Origin: Bacillota bacterium
GTDB lineage: Bacteria; Bacillota; Clostridia; Oscillospirales; CAG-382
Assembly: GCA_029550965.1 (NCBI GenBank)
Contig: JAKPGJ010000032.1
Location: forward strand, 1,864-65,863
Reading direction: 5' to 3'
Length of the DNA: 64,000 nucleotides
Under the pieces are notes generated by a model. It made no database searches. It was not told the origin of the DNA and saw nothing but the letters and a program-made list of their open reading frames with translations. Within the stretch, counting starts at the first letter, position 1, and each line of letters opens with the position of its first letter. Positions 45,975 through 54,581 of this stretch are shown in pieces. The position numbers were made by a program, and so were the translations under genes.

Positions 45975-46772
45975 ATGACAGACCAATACGAAAAACTAAA
46001 AAAGGCTCGGCTTTTTGTTTTGGACATGGACGGCACCATTTATCTGGGGGATAAAGTGTTTCCCCAGGCGGTCGAGTTTGTCTCCAAAGCGAAAGCGACC
46101 GGAAAGAAGATTATTTATTTTACCAACAACGCATCCAAAAACCCGGTCATCTACTACGAAAAGCTCAAGAAAATGGGCTTTGCGGTAGAAAGAAACGAGA
46201 TTATCACGTCCGGCGACGTAACCGCGCGGTATCTCAACAAATACCATCCGGGCGAGCCGGTTTACCTCGTCGGCACGCCTGCGCTGGAGGAGAGCTTCGC
46301 CGCTTACGGAATCAAGCTGTCCGATCAGGCGAATATTGTCGTTTCTTCGTTCGACACGACGCTGACGTACGAAAAGCTGGTCACCGCCTGCCATTTGATA
46401 CGGAACGGCGCCATTTTTTATTCGACGCACCCGGACTTCAACTGCCCGACGGAGGACGGTTTTATCCCGGACAGCGGCTCCATCTGCGCGCTGATTACAG
46501 CCTCGACCGGCAAAACGCCCAAGTATTTCGGCAAGCCCTATAAAGAAACAGCCGAAATGATCAGCCAGTTCAGCGGTATTCCGTTTGAAAACACCTGCGT
46601 GGTCGGCGACCGCCTTTATACCGACATCGCTTTGGGTAGAAACAACGGCATAACCTCGGTTTTGGTTTTAACCGGAGAGACAAAGCGGGAGGATGTAAAC
46701 GAGCAGAACGCGCCCGACTATATCTTTGGCGATATTGGCGAAATCGTACGCTTTTTACAATTAGATTGTTGA
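45975..46772 (+). CDS. HAD-IIA family hydrolase (NagD-like sugar phosphatase)
   Basis: I place the start at ATG 45975 (MTDQYEKLKKARLFVLDMDGTIYLG). Motif I is DMDGT, and the C-terminal motif is VGDRLYTDI. Confidence 0.85.
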   Translation: MTDQYEKLKKARLFVLDMDGTIYLGDKVFPQAVEFVSKAKATGKKIIYFTNNASKNPVIYYEKLKKMGFAVERNEIITSGDVTARYLNKYHPGEPVYLVGTPALEESFAAYGIKLSDQANIVVSSFDTTLTYEKLVTACHLIRNGAIFYSTHPDFNCPTEDGFIPDSGSICALITASTGKTPKYFGKPYKETAEMISQFSGIPFENTCVVGDRLYTDIALGRNNGITSVLVLTGETKREDVNEQNAPDYIFGDIGEIVRFLQLDC

Positions 46773-46820
46773 CAGTATTCTACATAAATGTTATAATTGT
46801 GTTAGAATTGAGGGATACTT

Positions 46821-47069
46821 ATGAAAAGCACTGGCATCGTAAGGCGAGTGGACGAATTTGGCAGAATCTCGTTACCGGTTGAGATGCGCAAGACCATGGG
46901 GCTTGAGGAAAAATCACCCGTGGAATTTTTTGTTGAAGGTAATGCGATTATTGTCAAAAAGTACGCTCCCTCCTGCGTTTTTTGCGGTGAAACCGAACGG
47001 GTTGTCGAATACCTCGGCAAACTGGTCTGTAAAAACTGCATAAAAACGCTTTCCGAGTTGCAAAAGTAA
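46821..47069 (+). CDS. abrB: AbrB/SpoVT-family transition-state regulator
   Basis: 82 aa. MKSTGIVRRVDEFGRISLPVEMRKTMGLEEKSPVEFFVEGNAIIVKKY closely matches the AbrB N-domain. The C-terminus has CVFCG...CKNC. Confidence 0.9.
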   Translation: MKSTGIVRRVDEFGRISLPVEMRKTMGLEEKSPVEFFVEGNAIIVKKYAPSCVFCGETERVVEYLGKLVCKNCIKTLSELQK

Positions 47070-47107
47070 CATTACTCCGTGTTTCCTTGCTAACTCGAGA
47101 AATAAAG

Positions 47108-47148
47108 AAAAAAAGCTGTCCGAAAAACAACATCGGACAGCTTTTTTC
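47108..47148. terminator. Bidirectional terminator
   Basis: A7-GCTGTCCGA-loop-TCGGACAGC-T6. Confidence 0.85.
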
Positions 47149-47157
47149 TATATCCTT

Positions 47158-48369
47158 TTACAACTGCAAACCGTCGCCGCCGGTCTCCTGCTCGGCGGGC
47201 TTTGCGCTTACGGTGCCAAGATACTTGCCCTGTATCTGCATCGGCGTGACGACTAACACCGCGCAGATATCCTTTTCCTCGCTCGGGCAGATGGCGGCTA
47301 TGTCCATCTCGGTCGTGTACTTCTTGCCGAGCAGATTTTCTACCGCCGGCGCGACATCGCCGAGAATCGGATAAACCGTATGCAGCGTCACCCTTGCGTT
47401 CAGGTTGACAAGATACGCGTTGATGTTGTTGTACGAATCCGAAAGCGGTATTCCGTAGTTGTCGCAGTACGGCCGGATGAGATACATCTTGTCCCCTTCG
47501 TTCACCATGATGTTTGCCGGCGCAACCGCAATGCCGCTTCCACTGACAAACTTAATTTTTACGGCAGCCAGATTGAGCGTGTTCGCCGCGGCGTTGATTC
47601 CCAGCAGATACGCCAAAAGCCGGGCGAGCTCGCAATCGGACCCGACCGCAATCGAGGCAGGCCGTGCCGCGGACATGGAGAATTTATAGCCGAACACCGA
47701 CAGAAAACCTCTCCGGTACGCTTCAAAATAGTGTTCGCCGATATCCACCGAAACAGGGCTGTCGTTTCCCATATATAAAAGCGGTTTGCTGATGTCCGCA
47801 AGTTCGCTGCCGCAGCTGTTTATCACAATCCGCTTTTCGCCGGTCACCTGTCCGAGCACCTTGACGGTGATGCCGTACGCCTTCGTTTTTTCGATGTATT
47901 CCTGCGCCTGCTTCTTGCTTGCGAAAACAAAGCGTTTTTCCGCGATTTCGTCAAACGTAAAGCCCGCGATGTCCAGCGCGACGCCGTTCGTGCGGTCGAT
48001 CAGCTCGTAAATGCCGTTGACAGAGTTTTTAAATATGCGTTTGGCAAGTTTTGCGTCGCTCGGAACGGCGGAAAAGCAGAGGACATAATCGCCCACGTTT
48101 CCGTAAACAAACCCGCCTTTTTTGCCGGACTCGTTGAACGAAATCAGGTCCACCAGCCGAAACGACGCGATTTCGCCGCTTTTTTCGATAAAAGCTTTAA
48201 AGGCTTTTATGATAATCGGATGATTGATGTTGACCTTGTTGATAATGCGGTTGAGCTTGAATCCGGTTCCATCCGAAGCAGTATAGTCCGCCAGCAAAAC
48301 GGATTCCAGCTCGGTCGGTTCCCTTCCAAGCGCCTCGCGTATAGAATCGGGTATTGCCTTCGCTGTCAT
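47158..48369 (-). CDS. Hypothetical protein, distantly PurL/PurM (AIR-synthase-related)-like
   Basis: I place the start at ATG 48369 (MTAKAIPDSIREALGREPTELE), 7 nt after the mtaB stop. The track ORF overlaps mtaB. The N-terminal LGREPTELE resembles the PurL linker motif. I saw no intact catalytic signatures. Confidence 0.5.
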   Translation of the reverse strand: MTAKAIPDSIREALGREPTELESVLLADYTASDGTGFKLNRIINKVNINHPIIIKAFKAFIEKSGEIASFRLVDLISFNESGKKGGFVYGNVGDYVLCFSAVPSDAKLAKRIFKNSVNGIYELIDRTNGVALDIAGFTFDEIAEKRFVFASKKQAQEYIEKTKAYGITVKVLGQVTGEKRIVINSCGSELADISKPLLYMGNDSPVSVDIGEHYFEAYRRGFLSVFGYKFSMSAARPASIAVGSDCELARLLAYLLGINAAANTLNLAAVKIKFVSGSGIAVAPANIMVNEGDKMYLIRPYCDNYGIPLSDSYNNINAYLVNLNARVTLHTVYPILGDVAPAVENLLGKKYTTEMDIAAICPSEEKDICAVLVVTPMQIQGKYLGTVSAKPAEQETGGDGLQL

Positions 48370-48376
48370 TTGCAAT

Positions 48377-49672
48377 TCATTCCTTTCCGTATGCTTTTCC
48401 GGTAAGATATTCATCCTGATACGATGCGATGTCGACCAACACGATGTCCCCGGTTTCAACCCTTTCGTCAGAAGAGAACCTTACCTCTAAAAAGTCTTCC
48501 GTATGACCGGACGAAACGCCCTTTATAGTCTTTTCGACCAAAACTTTTTGCGCCGTTCCGATTTTTTCAGCAAGTATTTTCTGCTTGACCGCAAGGGCGT
48601 GTTGGATCAGTTTTTCGTTCCGCGCCTTTACTTCGTGCGGGTCCAGTCTGCCCGCCATCGCCGCGGCTTCCGTACCCGGACGGGGCGAAAACGGGAAGGC
48701 GTGGACGTGCGACAAATGATAATCGCCGACAAGGTCGAGCGTCTGCTGAAAATCGTCCTCGGTTTCCGTCGGGAAACCGACGATGAGGTCCGCCGAAAGA
48801 AGGGCATGCGGCAGAACGGAATATATTTTTTCTATTTTTTCGCACATCTGTTTTTTATTATACGGCCTGCGCATCAGTTTTAGTATTCGGTCGCTGCCCG
48901 ACTGCAAAGAAAGGTGCATATGCGGCATGAATACCCTGGATTCGACCGCCGCTTTTAAAAAGTCGTCCGTAATGCTTTTGGGAGACAGCGAGCCGAAGCG
49001 CAGCCGCTCGATTCCCCGTACTCTGTCGATGGCGCGGATCAGCTCGGAAAGCGGGGCGTAATCGTACGCGGAGGTTTCGATGCCCGTCAGCACAACCTCT
49101 TTATATCCCCGCTCCGCAAGCCGCTGAATCTCCAAGAGGATGTCCTCCAGCGGACGCGAGCGCACCCGCCCTCTGACCTTCGGGATGATGCAGTACGAGC
49201 ACTTTCCGTTGCAGCCGTCCTCGATTTTGACGAACGCGCGGCAGGTCGAAAAAATGTCGGTCGCCGCCGTGCCGATCTGCGTCTGCTCGTACGAACAGTC
49301 GGTCAGGTCGGTATCCTCGGTAATCGCGGACTGCGCCCGCAGCAGTTTTTCCGCTTCCCGGAAAACTGCGGTTTTGTCCTTGCTCCCGCCGATGAAGCTG
49401 ACGCCCTCGATGCCGCCCAGCGACGGATCAAGCTGCGAATAACAGCCGATGACCGCGACCTTCCCGCCTTCTCTTAATGCGCGGCGGATCATCTGCGCGC
49501 TTTTCCGCTCGCTCTCCGCCGTTACGGCGCAGGTGTTGATGATGTATAAATCGCTTTTTTCCGAAAAATCAACGATTGTATATCCGTTTTTTATAAAAAG
49601 CTCCGCAAGAGCCGTTGTTTCGTATTGATTGACCCTGCAGCCCAGGGTGTAAAACGCTACCTTTTTACTCAT
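48377..49672 (-). CDS. mtaB: tRNA (N6-threonylcarbamoyladenosine) methylthiotransferase MtaB
   Basis: 431 aa. MTTase N-domain FYTLGCRVNQYE, radical-SAM CNGKCSYC, and a C-terminal TRAM-like domain. Confidence 0.9.
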   Translation of the reverse strand: MSKKVAFYTLGCRVNQYETTALAELFIKNGYTIVDFSEKSDLYIINTCAVTAESERKSAQMIRRALREGGKVAVIGCYSQLDPSLGGIEGVSFIGGSKDKTAVFREAEKLLRAQSAITEDTDLTDCSYEQTQIGTAATDIFSTCRAFVKIEDGCNGKCSYCIIPKVRGRVRSRPLEDILLEIQRLAERGYKEVVLTGIETSAYDYAPLSELIRAIDRVRGIERLRFGSLSPKSITDDFLKAAVESRVFMPHMHLSLQSGSDRILKLMRRPYNKKQMCEKIEKIYSVLPHALLSADLIVGFPTETEDDFQQTLDLVGDYHLSHVHAFPFSPRPGTEAAAMAGRLDPHEVKARNEKLIQHALAVKQKILAEKIGTAQKVLVEKTIKGVSSGHTEDFLEVRFSSDERVETGDIVLVDIASYQDEYLTGKAYGKE

Positions 49673-50276
49673 GGATGTTTACCGATTGTATTTTATTCTT
49701 CGCTCTTTCATATTCTTCGCCGGTTATCAGCAGGTTAATCGCTTCCAACAGCGCTTTTGCGGTCATATTCTCGGGCAGGCTCAACTCTCTGGCGAGCAGC
49801 CTTCTCTTTTTTTTCGAATCGGGCCGCCCCGAAAAACCGTCTGCGTAAAACTGCGCGTTGGATACTGCGGCTGCGGCGAAAACGCCGTTTTCCTCCGCCG
49901 AGAACCGCATCAGCAGCGAGCGCAAAAGCTGGTCGTCCGTACCCTCGACGCCCAATAATCCTTCTTTTGAGGACGCGGTCTTTCGTTTTTCCTTGCCTTT
50001 TATTCTTGGAATGAACAGATTGATGATGTTTTCGCTTCCGATATATCCTTTCAGCCGGTTTCGGATAAACATTCCGGCTTTGTCGCTGTCGGTCAGCACG
50101 ATGACCTTTTCGTGCCGGGACAACCGCTTCAGCAGCGCGATTTTTTCTTTATCGTTGAATACCGAAAACCCGTTCAGCACGATGACCGGCGACGAGACGA
50201 TGTTGGAGAGCTTGATTTTGTCGTACTTGCCCTCCACGATGACCGGGTACTTCAGCGTCAGCTTATTCTCTGCCAT
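49665..50276 (-). CDS. Toprim domain protein (RNase M5-like / DUF4093-type)
   Basis: 203 aa. Contains YPVIVEGKYDKIKL...VIVLTDSDKAGMFIRNRLKGY (Toprim E...DxD). It overlaps holA and mtaB. Confidence 0.7.
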   Translation of the reverse strand: MAENKLTLKYPVIVEGKYDKIKLSNIVSSPVIVLNGFSVFNDKEKIALLKRLSRHEKVIVLTDSDKAGMFIRNRLKGYIGSENIINLFIPRIKGKEKRKTASSKEGLLGVEGTDDQLLRSLLMRFSAEENGVFAAAAVSNAQFYADGFSGRPDSKKKRRLLARELSLPENMTAKALLEAINLLITGEEYERAKNKIQSVNIHE

Positions 50277-51375
50277 ATAAACCTAACCTTAACAGCAAAA
50301 ACTCCAGCACGAGATATGGGTTTCCGCTGTACCGCTTCAGTTTTCTGTCCGCGGCGTCGATTTCTTCGCAGGCGTATGCAAGGTATCCCGACGGTTTGCG
50401 CGCGATTCCGGCGGCCGTTCTTCTGACCAGCCATTCGCTTTTTTTAAGCATCTGCGCGATTTTCGCCTGACTGAATCCTTCTTCGGTCGCCGCCTGAATC
50501 AGCAGCATATCCGAATAGCATTTTGAGAGGTATCCGAGCAGCAGCGAGGGGTCGGTCTTGCTTTTTACCAGATTGTCGTATATCCGCTTGACTTTCTTCA
50601 TGTCGCCGCCGGTCAAGGCGTCCGAGAGTTCGTACACCTTGTAGCTCTCGTTCGGGCAGCAGTACTTCAGCACCGCCCGCTGCGTAATCGGCCGATCCGC
50701 CGGAGAACAGATTAGCTTTTCAATCTCGTGATAAAGCGTGTACATATCGTTGCCGCAAAGGGTAATCAGCATCTGTGCGGCGGAACGGTCCGCCGGCACC
50801 TTTTGGGCGGCGAAGTGCTTGAGAATCCAGTTCTCCAGCTTTTCCCCGGTTTCGTTCGGGAAGTTGACCGCCAAGCCGTGCTTTTTTATCGCGCCGATTA
50901 GGGTGTTGATGCCCTTCCCTTTTCCTTTCCGGGCAGGCTCTTCGTTCTCGTTTTCGTCGACCTTTTCGGCGGCAGCACCTGCGGACTTTTTAAATCCGCC
51001 CTCGACGACGCTTTCGTCCAGCTCGCTGCTGCGGAACAGGAACAGCATGATGACATATTCCGGCAGCTGCGAAATCAGTTCCGCGTAGCGCGCGGCGGTA
51101 TCGGCGTTCAAAGCGGACAAATCCAGGTTCTTGATTTCGATCATCTTGTAATCCCACAGATAGGGCAGCGCGAAGACCGCGTCGGCAAGCTCTTCCGGCC
51201 CGGAAGCGGACGCGTCGAAAAGGATATGGTTAAACTCCGGAAAAGGCGAGGCGGTTACTTTTTTGCGCAGCTCGCGGGCGTAGTAATCCTTTGTATATTC
51301 TTCGTTACCGTAAAAAAGATATACGCCGGCCGGTTTGTTTTCCTTCAGCCGTTGTTTTAGTATCTCAAGGCTCAT
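50263..51375 (-). CDS. holA: DNA polymerase III subunit delta
   Basis: 370 aa. N-terminus LKENKPAGVYLFYGNEEY, the expected position after comEC, and a delta-type C-terminal helical domain. Confidence 0.85.
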   Translation of the reverse strand: MSLEILKQRLKENKPAGVYLFYGNEEYTKDYYARELRKKVTASPFPEFNHILFDASASGPEELADAVFALPYLWDYKMIEIKNLDLSALNADTAARYAELISQLPEYVIMLFLFRSSELDESVVEGGFKKSAGAAAEKVDENENEEPARKGKGKGINTLIGAIKKHGLAVNFPNETGEKLENWILKHFAAQKVPADRSAAQMLITLCGNDMYTLYHEIEKLICSPADRPITQRAVLKYCCPNESYKVYELSDALTGGDMKKVKRIYDNLVKSKTDPSLLLGYLSKCYSDMLLIQAATEEGFSQAKIAQMLKKSEWLVRRTAAGIARKPSGYLAYACEEIDAADRKLKRYSGNPYLVLEFLLLRLGLYGRE

Positions 51376-53587
51376 CCGTGCTCACCTCTACCGCCCCTTC
51401 CCTGATGGCAACCCGGACGTAATCTGTCTGCGAATAATCGTGAATCCTGCCGGCGTCGTCGCCGGGATGATCGTTTTTCCCAACCTTTACGCAGCGCTCC
51501 AGACAGGGCACCGCGTACGGGTCCGCGAACCCCTCGAGCATCACTGCGGCGTCGCAGGCCTGGTAATCGTTCGGGTTCTTTGTTTTTTCCCCGCCGTAAA
51601 CGCGCACCGTCCGGCCGTCGCGCCTTACTTTGACCACCACGCTGTCCGCCAACGCGTTTTCGCCGCCGCGGATAATCTCGACCGCGGAATCGCCGGTGTT
51701 TTTGTAAATTGCCATATTGTAGCTTATTATATCACAGCCGCGGTCTTTTGCCAATACTTTTATTTTTTCAATCATCTTGTCGCGCTCGACGCTGCCCTGC
51801 GCCGCCGGGACATAAACGGTCCTGACGTTTATCTGGCTCAGCGCGTCCGCCAGCTTTTGGAAGTCCGCTTCGGTTACGCCGTTCATCACATAGCCGTCCA
51901 AACGGCTGTATCCGTGCGCAAAAACGGTCTTGACGCCGCTTTTTCTGCCGCCCAGCTCGATATACAGGTTCTCGTTTCCGTCCGCGATAAAGAGCGATTT
52001 GCAAAGCCAGCCGTCCTGCACGGCGGCAATGGATGCCTTTTTGCTCTGGACGTTGAAGCTGATGATGCAAAAAGCGGTCGAAGCGACGAAACAGACGGAC
52101 AATACGCCGGCTGCGACAAACATTTTCTTACGCCGAAGAAGGCAAAGCGAGAGAATCGCTGCGATCGAGAACCCGAGCGGCAGCGACATCAGCGGAATAT
52201 GGGTCGAAAAGCTGCCGATGCCCGCCTGATATATTTTTTTTAACAGCAAAACCGAGTATTCCATGATGACGCCGGGGATGAAGGCGAACGCCGCCGCGCC
52301 CGAACTGATGACGGCGTACAATATCAGACTTGGTATCAAAAGAATCAGCAAGTACGTATAGAGCGGGGTGATAAACAGGTTCGCGACCGGGGTTATGTAG
52401 GATACCGTGTCGAACACCAGCGAAACCGGGAAGGTAAAGACCGCCGCCGCAAACGCGTATATCAGCGGAGACGCCAGCGCCAGCGCGGCCTTTTTTATTT
52501 TCGCGTGTTTGCCGGCAACCGGCCGCATCAGATAGGGCGACAAAATCAAAATGCCAAGACAGGACAGAAACGACAGTTCCAAACTGACGGAAGCGAGGTT
52601 GTACGGGTTGACGATTAACAACAGCATCAGCGCCAGGAACAGCGAGGTGACGCTGTCGGTTCTTCGCAAAAACAGCGAGAGCAGCAGCGTAACGCCCGTC
52701 ATAACCGCCGCCCGCAGCACCGAGGGGGAAAATCCTACAAATGCCGCGTAAGCGACTAAAACAACCATGCAGACGACGCTGCGCACCTGCCTGCGGACGG
52801 TTAAGAACTCAAGAAGGCTGTAAAGGCTCATGACGACGATCGTAATATGCAGCCCCGAAATAACCAGCAGATGCGACAGCCCCGCGTTCCGAAACAGCCC
52901 GTACACATAAGAATCCGTATCCGTATTTTCGCCGACGATAAGCGTTTTCGCGACGCTCGCGACTTCTTTCGGATAGTCCGCGAACAGTCTGTCCGTCAGT
53001 TTCTCCGCGTCTGCGCGCAGGTTGTAGAAAAATCCGCTTCCGGCGGCAGCGCGCTCGACGCTTCCCTGCGCGGTCAGGGCGATCGACTTCGCGAACAGCC
53101 CGCCGTTTTGGTGCGTTTTGTATTGAACGTCGCAGATCAGGGTGTCGCCTCTGCGGACGTCGGCTTCCCTGCCGGTGTTGTTATCTGCGATTTTGCCCGC
53201 GTAATACAGCCGCACGCCGGTTCCGCGACCCAGTCCGATTCGGCTTTCCCGTATCGTAATATCGAAATATCCGCCGTCCGCGTACCTGCCCACGTCGTTC
53301 ACCGTGGCGGTCACGGTATCTGTTTTTCCGTTATAAAGCGCGTACCCGGAAAACACGACGGCCGAATAAGCCGCGACGTACGCGAGCCCGGCGATGGCGA
53401 ACAGCGAAAACAAAAACACGCCTTTTGTTTTCTTATGAAAAAAATAGTGTGCCGCAAGCGCAAGCCCGCAAAGCACACCTAACAAGGCAAAAACAGCAGC
53501 TCTGATTTTGCCGTCTAAATATATTCCCGTTCCAATGCCGATTGAGATAGCCAGAATGCAGCCTGCAAGCGGTCGATTCTTCAGCAC
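51365..53587 (-). CDS. comEC: ComEC/Rec2 family DNA internalization channel protein (C-terminal beta-lactamase-like domain degenerate)
   Basis: I place the start at GTG 53587 (VLKNRPLAGC..., GGGAGA SD); the track ORF overlaps the upstream gene. It has a DUF4131-like N-terminus and a polytopic competence domain (GLSHLLVISGLHITIV). The C-terminal domain lacks HxHxDH. Confidence 0.85.
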   Translation of the reverse strand: MLKNRPLAGCILAISIGIGTGIYLDGKIRAAVFALLGVLCGLALAAHYFFHKKTKGVFLFSLFAIAGLAYVAAYSAVVFSGYALYNGKTDTVTATVNDVGRYADGGYFDITIRESRIGLGRGTGVRLYYAGKIADNNTGREADVRRGDTLICDVQYKTHQNGGLFAKSIALTAQGSVERAAAGSGFFYNLRADAEKLTDRLFADYPKEVASVAKTLIVGENTDTDSYVYGLFRNAGLSHLLVISGLHITIVVMSLYSLLEFLTVRRQVRSVVCMVVLVAYAAFVGFSPSVLRAAVMTGVTLLLSLFLRRTDSVTSLFLALMLLLIVNPYNLASVSLELSFLSCLGILILSPYLMRPVAGKHAKIKKAALALASPLIYAFAAAVFTFPVSLVFDTVSYITPVANLFITPLYTYLLILLIPSLILYAVISSGAAAFAFIPGVIMEYSVLLLKKIYQAGIGSFSTHIPLMSLPLGFSIAAILSLCLLRRKKMFVAAGVLSVCFVASTAFCIISFNVQSKKASIAAVQDGWLCKSLFIADGNENLYIELGGRKSGVKTVFAHGYSRLDGYVMNGVTEADFQKLADALSQINVRTVYVPAAQGSVERDKMIEKIKVLAKDRGCDIISYNMAIYKNTGDSAVEIIRGGENALADSVVVKVRRDGRTVRVYGGEKTKNPNDYQACDAAVMLEGFADPYAVPCLERCVKVGKNDHPGDDAGRIHDYSQTDYVRVAIREGAVEVSTDEP

Positions 53588-53603
53588 GGTAATCTCCCAA
53601 GCC

Positions 53604-54194
53604 TTATTGCTCTTTCTTCTTCTCCGGACAAAACAGGGGCAGTTTCTGTAAAAAGATGATATCCTCGCGGTCTGCCGCGTCGCCTTCGGCCAGGATGGCC
53701 ATTCTGCCCGCGACGGTTCCGCCGGCTTCGGTGACCAGCTTCTCAACCGCGTAAGCCGACTCGCCGGTGCTGATGACGTCGTCGACGATCAGCACCCTTT
53801 TGCCGCGCATATAATCCGCGTCGTCCTTATCTAAGAACAGTACCTGCTTGCGCGCGGTGGTGATGGACTGCACCTCGACCGAATAGGGATTTTTCATATA
53901 CAGTTTCGGGGACTTTCTGGCAATCAGATACCGCTCCGCGTTAATCTGTCTTGCCATTTCATAAATCAGCGGAATACCCTTTGCTTCCGCCGTAATCATA
54001 ACATCGTGCTCCGGCATCCTTTTTACCAGCTCGGTCGCGCACGCCTTCGTCAGCTCGACATCACCGAAGATGATGAATGCGGCTATGTAAAGGTTTTCGC
54101 TGATCTTGCAGATGGGCAGCATCCTTTTCAAGCCCGCGACCTCGAGCGGGTATTCCTTATATTCTTCCGGATTAATGGTCATAAAGGCAGGCAT
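53604..54194 (-). CDS. Phosphoribosyltransferase family protein (Xpt/Apt-like)
   Basis: 196 aa. PRPP loop RVLIVDDVISTGES. AGGAG SD. Confidence 0.75.
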   Translation of the reverse strand: MPAFMTINPEEYKEYPLEVAGLKRMLPICKISENLYIAAFIIFGDVELTKACATELVKRMPEHDVMITAEAKGIPLIYEMARQINAERYLIARKSPKLYMKNPYSVEVQSITTARKQVLFLDKDDADYMRGKRVLIVDDVISTGESAYAVEKLVTEAGGTVAGRMAILAEGDAADREDIIFLQKLPLFCPEKKKEQ

Positions 54195-54223
54195 TTTAAT
54201 ATTAACTCCTAAATTCTATCAAT

Positions 54224-54565
54224 CTAATTTAACTTTACCGACAGCTTTCTGCCGCCGAGAATATGGAAATGAATGTGCGGAACCGTCTGTCCGCCGTCCT
54301 CTCCGCAGTTGTTAATCACTCTGTACCCGTTGCTGAGGCCGAGCGTTGACGCGACCTTCGGAATCGCAAGCAGAACCTTCGACACGGCGTCGATATTGCT
54401 TTCGTCCACCGCGTTCATCGACGGGATATGCGTCTTGGGAACTACCAGCACATGAACCGGCGCGTTCGGGTTGATGTCGTGGAAAGCGCAGACAGAATCG
54501 TCCTCGTACACCTTTTTGGAGGGAATCTCGCCCTTTATGATTTTACAAAAGATGCAGTCGTTCAT
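54224..54565 (-). CDS. HIT family (histidine triad) nucleotide-binding protein
   Basis: 113 aa. Contains CIFCKII...QTVPHIHFHILGG. Confidence 0.93.
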   Translation of the reverse strand: MNDCIFCKIIKGEIPSKKVYEDDSVCAFHDINPNAPVHVLVVPKTHIPSMNAVDESNIDAVSKVLLAIPKVASTLGLSNGYRVINNCGEDGGQTVPHIHFHILGGRKLSVKLN

Positions 54566-54581
54566 ACTTCGTTCCTCCGTT

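Noticed and set aside
46821-47069. AbrB-fold gene as a MazE-like antitoxin
   Set aside because: The N-terminal domain matches the transition-state regulator AbrB almost residue for residue. The gene is monocistronic with its own terminator, and no toxin gene is adjacent.
51335-52243. 302-aa ORF on the + strand inside comEC/holA
   Set aside because: It is an antisense shadow ORF. The same reasoning applies to 44956-45828 (antisense to the M55 peptidase), 26656-27375, 11423-12238, 9040-9708 and similar track entries.
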